Origin: a virus | Taxonomy: Duplodnaviria; Caudoviricetes | Virus record (IMG/VR): IMGVR_UViG_3300032893_000048 | Span: 1 to 59,936 of that record | Direction: 5' to 3' (one strand) | Length of the DNA: 59,936 nt | Shown here: positions 43,631 to 51,874 of the stretch, piece after piece | Layout of the letters: each line of letters begins with the position of its first letter | Position numbering within the stretch: the first letter of the stretch is position 1 | Translations under genes and position numbers: made by a program | Notes under the pieces: model-generated | What the model saw: only the letters and a program-made list of their open reading frames with translations | The model's database searches: none | What the model was told of the DNA's origin: nothing

Positions 43631-43996
43631 GTGGAACTTGTGCAGGGTATCAGCAGGTGGTATACGCTGACCGCACTTGAAGAACAACACAAAATCGCGG
43701 TTGTGACAATGGACGTCGTACAATTTGGTGACAAGGCTTGGGTGATGAACATCATGGAGGGGGAAGGCGGGAAGTTCGCTGAGCACTTCGGCACGTTCTG
43801 CGAGCAGCTGATTGATCGCGGGGTGGTCGTGGCCAGCGGCTACATGCAGGCCCTCCTGGCCAGGTCGGCGGTGCGACTGGCCCACCAGTGCGGCTACCAA
43901 GCAGGGGTAGCCCACCGGACCTACGTGCCTCATGATGACCGCCAGGTGCTGTGGGTCGATGTTTGGCTCCAGGACCCCAAGGAGGTCTGGCAATAA
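43631..43996 (+). CDS. Hypothetical protein
   Basis: GTG start with AAGGAG RBS. Confidence 0.65.
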   Translation: MELVQGISRWYTLTALEEQHKIAVVTMDVVQFGDKAWVMNIMEGEGGKFAEHFGTFCEQLIDRGVVVASGYMQALLARSAVRLAHQCGYQAGVAHRTYVPHDDRQVLWVDVWLQDPKEVWQ

Positions 43997-44016
43997 CAAC
44001 TATGAAAGGATCAGAG

Positions 44017-44328
44017 ATGAAACCTACGTCCCGCAACCTCATGCATCACCTCATTGCCGCGGTGATGGTCACGGGGTTCTTTGCGGTGCTGTTCTACCTG
44101 ATGTACATCGTCGGCATGGCGAAGGAGGAGTTGCGGGCCAACACGGCCCTGGAGATTCTCTTCGGCTGCTTGGCTACCAACGTCGGCATGATCATCTCCT
44201 GGTATTTTGGCAGCAGCAGTGACAGCAGCCGGAAGACCGACCTGATGGCGGCGGCCAAGGAGCCGGGTGAGCCCATACCCCAGGCGCCCATACCCCGGGC
44301 GGTCATGCCCCCACCCGTGGCCCCGTGA
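44017..44328 (+). CDS. Holin-like 2-TM protein
   Basis: Two TMs followed by IISWYFGSSSDS..KTD. Confidence 0.7.
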   Translation: MKPTSRNLMHHLIAAVMVTGFFAVLFYLMYIVGMAKEELRANTALEILFGCLATNVGMIISWYFGSSSDSSRKTDLMAAAKEPGEPIPQAPIPRAVMPPPVAP

Positions 44329-44783
44329 TGTTAGCCCTCATCGCCAAGTTCGCCGGCCGGTTCGCGGGGGCCCACTGGGTGGCCATTCTGGAGTGGGTGG
44401 TGGCCATGGCCCTGGGGGCCCTGCTGATGCGGGGCTGGCTGCTGCCCCAGCTGGCCCACCAGGAGCTGATCACGGAGCAGCTACGGACCCAGCAGGCCAC
44501 CCAGCTGGCCGATCAGCGTCAGGCCACCCTGGTGGCGGTGCAGGCCAGCGCGGCTGATATGCACCACGCGGCGATGGTGGCAACCCAGGCCACCGTCAAC
44601 CTCACCAACCTTCTACAAGGATACCAGCATGCCCGCTTTCAAGCTGACCTGCCTACTGACTGCCGCCCTGATGATCAGCGCGTGCGCGAGCTGTCCGCCT
44701 ACTACGACGCAGTTCATCAAGCCGTCGTTGGAGGCCACATTGTCGGACCCGTGTCCGGACCTGCCCCCGAAGCCCAGCCCTGA
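44325..44783 (+). CDS. i-spanin (Rz-like)
   Basis: N-terminal TM, coiled coil, LPTDCRPD. Confidence 0.8.
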   Translation: MMLALIAKFAGRFAGAHWVAILEWVVAMALGALLMRGWLLPQLAHQELITEQLRTQQATQLADQRQATLVAVQASAADMHHAAMVATQATVNLTNLLQGYQHARFQADLPTDCRPDDQRVRELSAYYDAVHQAVVGGHIVGPVSGPAPEAQP

Positions 44784-44880
44784 CTTCGACCATTGGCAGC
44801 GGTGGACCGAAACCCTGATGGTTCAGTACGCCGACTGCGCCACCCGCCACCGTCAGGTGGTGGAGGTCTTGTCAAGATAG
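44629..44880 (+). CDS. o-spanin (Rz1-like lipoprotein)
   Basis: Lipobox ISAC, Pro-rich, YADCATRH; overlaps Rz in another frame. Confidence 0.85.
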   Translation: MPAFKLTCLLTAALMISACASCPPTTTQFIKPSLEATLSDPCPDLPPKPSPDFDHWQRWTETLMVQYADCATRHRQVVEVLSR

Positions 44881-45098
44881 CAGTTGATCATATTGGACTT
44901 CAGCTCACCGATGGCCCGGGCCCGCTGGACCCGGAGGCCGTAGAACGACCGGTCATCGTCAGCACTGAAGAACCGCTTCAGCAGACGGGATACGTACTCG
45001 GCCTCCTGGGAGCTTGGGCTGACCGCGATGGTCAGCTCGAGCTCCTTCTTCAGGGCGTAGGCATGCTCCACGAGGAGCTCACAGATTTCACATGTCAT
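44853..45098 (-). CDS. Hypothetical protein
   Basis: Last gene of a - strand operon, convergent with lysis genes. Confidence 0.6.
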   Translation of the reverse strand: MTCEICELLVEHAYALKKELELTIAVSPSSQEAEYVSRLLKRFFSADDDRSFYGLRVQRARAIGELKSNMINCYLDKTSTT

Positions 45099-45166
45099 TG
45101 CCGAACCACACGGCGCCGAGGATCAGCTCGATGACGAGCGTGATCATGATAACCTTGATGCTCATG

Positions 45167-45349
45167 TCAGAACCACTCCGGACGAAAAAGCGCGGTGACG
45201 CCCACCGCTAGGCCTGCGCTGCCCATCACCACCTGATAAGCAAATCGATGCACGTCCATGCCGTTGAGGTAGTCACTGATCCCCAGCACCAGCATGGTCT
45301 CAGCGACGGCGATTAGCAACACGCATATCAACCTCACCCCGGCGCTCAT
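45167..45349 (-). CDS. Small 2-TM membrane protein
   Basis: Hydrophobic 60-aa ORF. Confidence 0.6.
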   Translation of the reverse strand: MSAGVRLICVLLIAVAETMLVLGISDYLNGMDVHRFAYQVVMGSAGLAVGVTALFRPEWF

Positions 45350-45555
45350 CGGGTTGCCGCCTTAGGGGTCTTCTCCACATGATTCACCTCCACAACCACG
45401 AACACATCCGGGAAGGTGCCGTTCCAGTAGGGCGAGGCGGCCCGAAGGTCACCATGCTCAGCGATGCCTTGGTAGCCGGCCCAACCACCGGGCTTCCCAT
45501 TAACGATCAGCCGGTGGCTGCCGGATGGGGCGTACTCATGCACGACCTTTGCCAT
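45346..45555 (-). CDS. Hypothetical protein
   Basis: MAKVVHEY... after a GAGG RBS. Confidence 0.6.
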   Translation of the reverse strand: MAKVVHEYAPSGSHRLIVNGKPGGWAGYQGIAEHGDLRAASPYWNGTFPDVFVVVEVNHVEKTPKAATR

Positions 45556-45556
45556 A

Positions 45557-45790
45557 TTACACCTCGGCTTGTTTATTACGAATGGCCGCAGCCTCAGGGC
45601 TGTGGATGTTGAGTGGCTCGACCCCGAGCGCCCTGAGCTGATTGGAGGCCGCACGGGCCTCCTCACTCAGCTGCGCGATCCTTGGCCCACGCCCATTGGT
45701 GTACGCGTAGTCATCCATCTGGAGCAGAAAGGCCTGATAGGCCTTGGTGACCCAGGTTGCCTGAAGGTCCGAAATTTGCTGCTCGTCCAT
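45557..45790 (-). CDS. Early hypothetical protein (paralog of 8702-8944)
   Basis: MDEQQISDLQATWV... Confidence 0.7.
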   Translation of the reverse strand: MDEQQISDLQATWVTKAYQAFLLQMDDYAYTNGRGPRIAQLSEEARAASNQLRALGVEPLNIHSPEAAAIRNKQAEV

Positions 45791-45791
45791 C

Positions 45792-46622
45792 TTACATCTC
45801 CTCACTGATGATCTTGACCCGATTGACCAGGGTCTGATTTTGACCTTTATACTCACCATGCTCCTTGACCGTGGCCTTGATGACCAGCTTCTCACGCTCG
45901 TCCGGGCAGAAGGTGGTGGACTTACAAACCACACAGGCGCCGGAGTCAGTTTCCCGCATGGTGACGATGAAGACCGCCTCGGCCCGCCACGGGGCGTTGA
46001 ACATCGGACGGGTGAAGGTGAACACCCGTATTACCTCGACCTTCATGGTGAGGCGCTGACCAACCTCCCCGATGTGCACCTGACTCAGCTGAGGTGCCCG
46101 CAGCTCCGGGTGGTTCCGCGCATACTTGCCGGCGTAGGCGAAGATGCTGCCTTCCTCGAACTCGGTGGTCGCAAGGAACTCGATGTAGCCGGTGGGGATG
46201 CTGCTGAAGGGCGTATCGCGATACCGGCCGAGGGGCATGATGCCGTCGTCGATCATGGCTCGCAGCTGCTCGTTGCGCTCCTGACGCTCGGCTTCCCACT
46301 TGGCCTGACGCTCCCTTAGCTCCGCCTCACGACGGGCGAGCTGCTCCGCGGTGGCGCGCTTGATTTCGCGCATCTCACGTTGGATGCCCTCGAGGGTGGA
46401 GGTGAGCTGAAGCTCCATGCCGATGGCCCGATCCACCGCCTTAGCATACGCCTCCGTGGGGTCCTGGGCGAGGTTGCAGTGGTGAAAGCTGCGGACCTCA
46501 GTATGGTCGCCGTAGGCATCACGCCAGCTGTGGAGGTAGGTCTCACGGAGCGTGAAGAAGGCCTCAGTCTCACCGATGCCGATGTAGAGATGCGGGGTGA
46601 AGGTGTCGCGGCTCATGGTCAT
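45792..46622 (-). CDS. Protein with DUF3820-like motif and C-terminal OB fold
   Basis: MPLGRYRDTPF..IPTGYI; HIGEVGQR...IKATVKEHGEYKG..QT.VNRVK. Confidence 0.7.
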   Translation of the reverse strand: MTMSRDTFTPHLYIGIGETEAFFTLRETYLHSWRDAYGDHTEVRSFHHCNLAQDPTEAYAKAVDRAIGMELQLTSTLEGIQREMREIKRATAEQLARREAELRERQAKWEAERQERNEQLRAMIDDGIMPLGRYRDTPFSSIPTGYIEFLATTEFEEGSIFAYAGKYARNHPELRAPQLSQVHIGEVGQRLTMKVEVIRVFTFTRPMFNAPWRAEAVFIVTMRETDSGACVVCKSTTFCPDEREKLVIKATVKEHGEYKGQNQTLVNRVKIISEEM

Positions 46623-46642
46623 CTCCCGGAAGATGACCGCCC

Positions 46643-46930
46643 TCAGGCGGCCACCTCCTTGGTGAACCCGATGTACCGCATGCGGCTCGAGGCACCGCGA
46701 CCATTACCACGCATGCCGTGGTAGCCGTAATCAGAGATGTCGCGGGCTGTGTAGGTGTCCTGACCGGGCTTCGTCCAGATGTACACCACGCCGCGGTGAG
46801 TCTTGTTGCCGGTGGTGGTCACCAGGTCGATCCCGCCAACCATGACCAGCGTCTCGCCGCGGTCGTTGGTGTTCCACTTGCTGGCTTCGACCTCCTTGGT
46901 CACCCCGTTCAACGTCAGCTTGATCTTCAT
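46643..46930 (-). CDS. Early hypothetical protein
   Basis: First gene after a promoter cassette. Confidence 0.75.
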   Translation of the reverse strand: MKIKLTLNGVTKEVEASKWNTNDRGETLVMVGGIDLVTTTGNKTHRGVVYIWTKPGQDTYTARDISDYGYHGMRGNGRGASSRMRYIGFTKEVAA

Positions 46931-46936
46931 TTCTGT

Positions 46937-47034
46937 CCCCTCAGCAGGTCAGATCGTTAATCGATCGTGAGTCTAGTATAAACCTCCGACGGATGCCTGT
47001 AAATAGGTAGTTTTAACTTGTGACAATGTGTTAC
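46937..47034 (-). promoter_or_regulatory. Early promoter cassette TTTACA-N17-TATACT
   Basis: -35 at 46998-47003, -10 at 46975-46980, upstream box at 47019-47034. Confidence 0.88.
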
Positions 47035-47519
47035 GATCCATGCTGGTGGGTCCAGACCCGACCGGCGCCGACCCACAGGTCCCGGGTGGCATCCAGCCCA
47101 GGGTAGGGCGACCGGAACACAATCTCCCGGCAGGAGGTGTTCAGCAGCAGCTTCGTGCAGGTCATGCAGGGTGACGTGGTCACGTAACAGGTCTGAATCA
47201 GGTGCACATCCCGGCACTGCAGGAGGGCATTCTGCTCCGCATGGATCGCCCGGCAGTTGTCCAGCTGGGTTCCACTCGGGGCCCAGGCCCCAGGGCAGGC
47301 GTGGGCATGCAGGAGCACATCGAGGTCCCCGTCATAGCCCTCCCCCGTCACCTCGTTGCAATGGGGCTGACCAGCGGCCACCCCATTGTAGCCGGTGGCC
47401 AGGACATGCCCTCGGCCATCCAGGAGCACGCATCCGACCGCCCGCCTGAGGCAGGTACTTCGCCTGGCCGTCACCTGGGCCAGCTCCATGGCCCAGGCGT
47501 CCCGCGTGATCCGGGTCAC
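47031..47519 (-). CDS. dCMP deaminase
   Basis: STCLRRAVG, TGYNG, HAEQNA, SPCMTC. Confidence 0.95.
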   Translation of the reverse strand: MTRITRDAWAMELAQVTARRSTCLRRAVGCVLLDGRGHVLATGYNGVAAGQPHCNEVTGEGYDGDLDVLLHAHACPGAWAPSGTQLDNCRAIHAEQNALLQCRDVHLIQTCYVTTSPCMTCTKLLLNTSCREIVFRSPYPGLDATRDLWVGAGRVWTHQHGS

Positions 47520-48322
47520 GCTTGCAGCTCCCACCAGCGGATCGGATCACCCTTCCGGGATTCCCGGAGGTCCTTCAGGGTGGTCATCAGCTGGACCTGG
47601 TTAATGTACAGCTCCGCAGGGGTCGGGTTCTGCTCCGGGACGGTCCCCACCGCCTGGATGCAGGTCTTGGCATCCGCCCAGTTGATATCATAGAGGTGGC
47701 TGGATGCCGCGGTGTGGAACAGGACCCCCGGCTCGACCACCGTATCTTCATTGTAGCTGTTCAGCTCGGCGCAGACCAGGTGAGCCAGCATGCTGAAGTT
47801 GAAGGCATCGTACGGCAGGCCCAGCCACACATCGTTGGATCGCATGAAGCTGTGGCAGTTCAGCTTGCCACGGCGAAGTTGGAACCACAGGGCCACGGTG
47901 CAGGGTACGTCCTTCGTGGCCGGTGGGTTCTCACGCCAGATGGTGAGGCCGGCCTGACGGGTGTTGGGGTCCTGCTGAAGGCGTGCGACCACACCGGGCA
48001 GCTGTTCCATGATCTTGGGTCCGTAGGCCCCGAAGAAGGTCTCACCGTCGTCTGAGAACTCCGCGATGCGAGAGTTGTAGGGGGCGATCGTCGCCACCCG
48101 GTTGTCGCCGGTGAGAATCCAGTAGGCCTCGGCGGCCATGAAGCGGTAGCTGAGGCTGCGCTCCGGGGAGGTCACCACCGGCTTGCGCATATCGATGACC
48201 GAGGTGTACTGCGGCAGCTCCAGGGTCAGCTTGCCCCGCGGGGCCACCTCATCTCCCCAATGGAAGATGTCGTTCATCGTGGTGATCCACGCGGAGGTTA
48301 GGTCGTTAATCGGGATCGTCAT
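47516..48322 (-). CDS. ThyA-superfamily enzyme, predicted dCMP hydroxymethylase/methylase
   Basis: KDVPCT (catalytic Cys), MRSNDVWLGLPYD with Asp at the ThyA Asn177 position, SSHLY. Confidence 0.85.
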   Translation of the reverse strand: MTIPINDLTSAWITTMNDIFHWGDEVAPRGKLTLELPQYTSVIDMRKPVVTSPERSLSYRFMAAEAYWILTGDNRVATIAPYNSRIAEFSDDGETFFGAYGPKIMEQLPGVVARLQQDPNTRQAGLTIWRENPPATKDVPCTVALWFQLRRGKLNCHSFMRSNDVWLGLPYDAFNFSMLAHLVCAELNSYNEDTVVEPGVLFHTAASSHLYDINWADAKTCIQAVGTVPEQNPTPAELYINQVQLMTTLKDLRESRKGDPIRWWELQA

Positions 48323-48323
48323 G

Positions 48324-49238
48324 TTATTCTCCGAGATATTGGACCAGCGGATAGGGCCGCCGATTGTTGAACCGCCGCCAGAACTGCGGGTGGGGAACCG
48401 ACCTGCCGGGCAGCTGAAGCTCACGAATCTTGGCGGTGGCGATGTCGCCCAGGCCGATGATCCGCTTCTCGGTCAGGTTGTTGACAGCCGCCAGCGGCTC
48501 CAGCTGATCCGCGTTCACCCACAGCAGACCAAATTCACCTATGTGGGCATAGTCCAGCTGCTCAGCCAGCCATTGGCTGCAGCCCTCGTTGCTGAAGGAG
48601 GCGAAGGGCCACTGGTAGAAGGGGTCGGTATCCTTCCGCTCACCGAAGCTGTCGCCGACCAGGACATATTCAGCATCCCAGTTACCGGCCGACCGCACAT
48701 CGAGGAGGTGACTGGGCATCCGTTTATCAACGATTCGGATGAACACCTTACCATCATCATTGACGTAGTCGTACAGAACCGTTGGGAGGGCCGTGGGCTG
48801 CTGGCGGTAGAGGTCATACACCACCCGCAACTGACCGACGTCGGCCAGCATCTCCAGGTGCCTCCGCTTGATGTAGCAGGCCCGCACCGCCTCCCAGCCG
48901 GGATCGCAGCGGACCACAACCGCCCCGCAGCGCATGGCCAGCCGCTCCAGCATCCGACGAGACGCTGCCGTCATGCGATCGAAGCCCTCACGAAAAGCCA
49001 CCCCGTAGGGGAGCTCACTAAGCCAGCTGCGATCGAACACCACGTCACGGTGGCCCAGCAGTGCCGGGAGCATCGCCTCCACGTACATGCGGGCCAGCCC
49101 CTTCGTCACCCGCGGCAGGGCTGGGAAGTGGACGTACTCGGCCTTGAGGAAGGCGGCGTATTCCTTGGCCAGCGTGCTCTTCCCGCTGCCGTCCGGTCCC
49201 TCGAAGATAGTGAGGGTTTTGGTGATGTGGGTCAACAT
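48324..49238 (-). CDS. dNMP (thymidylate-type) kinase fused to a uracil-DNA-glycosylase-fold domain
   Basis: FEGPDGSGKST, FDRSWLSE; C-terminal VLVGD..G...PF...IIGLG..A...PHPQ. Confidence 0.8.
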   Translation of the reverse strand: MLTHITKTLTIFEGPDGSGKSTLAKEYAAFLKAEYVHFPALPRVTKGLARMYVEAMLPALLGHRDVVFDRSWLSELPYGVAFREGFDRMTAASRRMLERLAMRCGAVVVRCDPGWEAVRACYIKRRHLEMLADVGQLRVVYDLYRQQPTALPTVLYDYVNDDGKVFIRIVDKRMPSHLLDVRSAGNWDAEYVLVGDSFGERKDTDPFYQWPFASFSNEGCSQWLAEQLDYAHIGEFGLLWVNADQLEPLAAVNNLTEKRIIGLGDIATAKIRELQLPGRSVPHPQFWRRFNNRRPYPLVQYLGE

Positions 49239-49591
49239 GGCGCCACCTCGACCACCGAGCCGTCATCGATGCGCTGGTGATTCACCTGCCACTTCGCCCG
49301 CAAAGCCTCGGTGAGCTCCTCGGGGGTGATGTCCATCGCCAGCGCCGCGTTGGCCCAGAACTGCAGGACGTCGGTCAGCTCAGTGGCCAGCTTCTTGCGG
49401 TCGACCTCGAACGTCTTCGCCTTCCACGGCTTGAAGTTGATCTCACGCAGTGCCTCCACCGTCTCCACGATCGCGTGGAGCAGATTTTCCTTCACCCCAG
49501 GCTCACCGAGTCCGGTGGGGTTGCCCATGCGGGCTTGAAGTTTTCGTTGAGTTTCGAGGAGTTCGGTTAAATCAAGAATACTGCTCGTCAT
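49232..49591 (-). CDS. All-alpha NTP pyrophosphatase (dimeric dUTPase/dCTPase, MazG-like)
   Basis: ETVEALRE..FKPWK...ELTDVLQF...K..VN..R. Confidence 0.88.
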   Translation of the reverse strand: MTSSILDLTELLETQRKLQARMGNPTGLGEPGVKENLLHAIVETVEALREINFKPWKAKTFEVDRKKLATELTDVLQFWANAALAMDITPEELTEALRAKWQVNHQRIDDGSVVEVAPC

Positions 49592-50445
49592 TAGAACGGC
49601 GCTCCTCGCTTGCTGACCTTCTTCGCAACCGGCTTGGCGACCTTGGCTGCACCCGCGACCGGCTTACGGCAGACCCATAGGTTGTTGCGGGCCTGGTCGG
49701 GGTACATCGGACCAAAGATGTTGCTGATTGCGTCGTTGTCGAAGTACTCCTTCAGCAGCGTGGAGATGATCTCAGCTGCATGGGCAACCTCCTCCTCGGC
49801 CCATGGTGTGGACCGTGGCAGCCCATCATACTTGAGGCGCTTACCGATATGCTTGATGTCCATGAAGGTACCGAAGCGCTTCTCCACCACGAACCCAGCC
49901 TTCTCCACGGCAGCCTTCAGCTCCGGCACGGTATACTCGTGGATGTGGTTCGCCGCGTGGCGCTTGCCGTCGTAGACGGGGGTGGACATCAGCATGATGC
50001 CGCCGGGCTTGAGGCAGGCGAGGGCCGCCTTCAACAGCTTGGCCCCATGCTCGACCTTCATGTGCTCGATGACCTCGAGGTGAACCACCACATCGAAGCC
50101 GTCCTTGAACTGACCCGTCAGCAACTCCTTCCACTGCTCGACGAAGTTGAACTCACCATGAAAGTCCAACCGCTCGCTGGCCGACGGCTTCAGCTTGTTG
50201 AGGTCGACCCCGACGTACCTGTTGACGTGGGCCGCAGCCCCACCGGTCAGAATCTTGCTGAGCGGCTTATCCTGCCCACAGCCGATCTCCAGCACGTTGT
50301 CCTTCTGGGTTATGAATCGACGTGCGAAGCTCCAGCGAAAGAAGTGAGCTGAATAATCGCGGTGAAGGGAGCGACCGTGACCAGCTTCATGCAGCTGGGT
50401 GGTATCATAGTCACGGTCGTCCCGATTCTTTTCACGACGGGCCAT
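49591..50445 (-). CDS. Class I SAM-dependent methyltransferase (small-molecule type)
   Basis: VLEIGCG, YVGVDL, FDVVVHLEVIEH, LKPGG...STP, HIHEY. Confidence 0.92.
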   Translation of the reverse strand: MARREKNRDDRDYDTTQLHEAGHGRSLHRDYSAHFFRWSFARRFITQKDNVLEIGCGQDKPLSKILTGGAAAHVNRYVGVDLNKLKPSASERLDFHGEFNFVEQWKELLTGQFKDGFDVVVHLEVIEHMKVEHGAKLLKAALACLKPGGIMLMSTPVYDGKRHAANHIHEYTVPELKAAVEKAGFVVEKRFGTFMDIKHIGKRLKYDGLPRSTPWAEEEVAHAAEIISTLLKEYFDNDAISNIFGPMYPDQARNNLWVCRKPVAGAAKVAKPVAKKVSKRGAPF

Positions 50446-50530
50446 ACGTGGTACCTCATCTAAGTTAATTGTTGGTTAAAGCCACGCTGGCCCGGCTACT
50501 GCCTACCCTCATGACTGCTCCCTTCAGTTT

Positions 50531-51151
50531 CTACTTTGCATCAGGTGGATTCTGACCCTGCTTGCGCAGGTGGTTGCGGTACCAACCGACATACCCCCGC
50601 TTGCCGTCATCCAGGTTAAACTCCGCCTTGACCTTGGCGAAAATCTGATCATCCGTCAATTTCCCCTGCATGATCAGGTCCTGGAACATCTGCGCCGCGC
50701 TGTGGCGCTTTTCACCCGTGGACTTCTTAGGTGCCGGCTTGGCATCAGCCTTAACCGGCTTTTCAGCCTTCTTCGGGGTGGCCTTGGCGCTGACAGCCTT
50801 GCTGGGTTTTGCCGGGGCAGGCGCCTGACGTGCCTCGGCGGCGGCTCGCTTGTTGGTGGCCATAACGGCTACCTCCTTCGTGATGGTGATAACTCGGCCA
50901 AGGTATCCCAAGGCCTCCTGGGTTGCCCCGATGTTTTGACTGTAGCTGAGATACAGCTCACAGGCTCGCTTCACCGGGTAGCCGGCGATCGGTTTGAACC
51001 GGTCGTCGAACTCTCGTTGGGAGAGGCCGCAGACCTGCAGCCCGTCCACGTCGAGTGGGATGAACTTGACCCGACCATCAACCCGCTCGACCTGAATACA
51101 TGTCCGTCGCTGGTGATCGTAGCAGACGGTCATCTCTGATGCTTCGCTCAT
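50531..51151 (-). CDS. Putative DNA-binding protein (Lys/Ala/Pro linker plus WYR helical domain)
   Basis: FQDLIMQGKLTDDQI...YVGWYRNHLRKQG. Confidence 0.65.
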   Translation of the reverse strand: MSEASEMTVCYDHQRRTCIQVERVDGRVKFIPLDVDGLQVCGLSQREFDDRFKPIAGYPVKRACELYLSYSQNIGATQEALGYLGRVITITKEVAVMATNKRAAAEARQAPAPAKPSKAVSAKATPKKAEKPVKADAKPAPKKSTGEKRHSAAQMFQDLIMQGKLTDDQIFAKVKAEFNLDDGKRGYVGWYRNHLRKQGQNPPDAK

Positions 51152-51411
51152 TTCTTTCCCTTCTTCTTCGCTGCCTCACGCTGCTGAAGCACGTCGGCGG
51201 TCAGCCCCAGCTCCAACAGACCCTCCAGCATGGCCTTGGCCTCGTTCCAGGCCAATGCACCATAGACCATCCAGTGCAGCCGGGGCTGCAGGTCGTGCTT
51301 CCGCAGCTCGACCATCGCCCGCCGCTCACCATCGACGTAGAGCGTGTGCTGAATGACACCATCCGCGCTCTCATCTCTGATCTCGATGGTACTGCGATCC
51401 CCCAACATCAA
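51148..51411 (-). CDS. Hypothetical protein
   Basis: Coupled ORF. Confidence 0.65.
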   Translation of the reverse strand: MMLGDRSTIEIRDESADGVIQHTLYVDGERRAMVELRKHDLQPRLHWMVYGALAWNEAKAMLEGLLELGLTADVLQQREAAKKKGKK

Positions 51412-51765
51412 TCAGCCTGCCTTGTTCAGCTGGCAGCGATACCACGAGGGATAGTGGTGCTTCTCGGGCGGCAGGTTCAGCTTGGTCTTGATCTCGTCGT
51501 TGCTCAAGCCCTGACGGATCATGTCACGGATGGTCTGCGCGAGCCCACCAAAGCGGCTGCGCGGGGTGTCGTCACCCGTGGTCTTGGTCGGGGGCTTGGG
51601 TCCCTTGCCGGCCTTCAGGGCCTCGACGCGACCGACATCCACCATGAAGCGACCATCGGTCAGCTCCTTGATGTAAACATGATACGAGTCGCGGTGGATG
51701 CCAAGCTTGCGCAGAATGGCGGTAGCGGAGTCACGACGGGTGACGATCTTGACGTTGTTGCTCAT
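51412..51765 (-). CDS. Putative DNA-binding protein (WYR helical domain)
   Basis: IRDMIRQGLSNDEI...YPSWYRCQLNKAG; first gene after a promoter. Confidence 0.7.
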   Translation of the reverse strand: MSNNVKIVTRRDSATAILRKLGIHRDSYHVYIKELTDGRFMVDVGRVEALKAGKGPKPPTKTTGDDTPRSRFGGLAQTIRDMIRQGLSNDEIKTKLNLPPEKHHYPSWYRCQLNKAG

Positions 51766-51772
51766 GTTCAGT

Positions 51773-51874
51773 CTCCTCAGCAAGGTTCCGGTCGTTAGTC
51801 GACCGTGGTTAGATCATAGCCTCAGCACACCAACTTGTAAACACCTATTTTTGAATTAGAGACAATGTGTTACA
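51773..51874 (-). promoter_or_regulatory. Promoter cassette TTTACA-N17-TATGAT upstream of the nucleotide-modification operon
   Basis: -35 at 51836-51841, -10 at 51813-51818, CGGTCG hairpin, ACCTTGCTGAGGAG RBS. Confidence 0.85.

Noticed and set aside
47516-48322. Ordinary thyA, or a YuA/SPO1-type dUMP hydroxymethylase
   Set aside because: Asp rather than Asn at the specificity position, a separate thyX exists, and no hmU-DNA kinase or aGPT-like genes were seen
49591-50445. Restriction-modification DNA methyltransferase
   Set aside because: No DPPY/NPPY or PC catalytic motif
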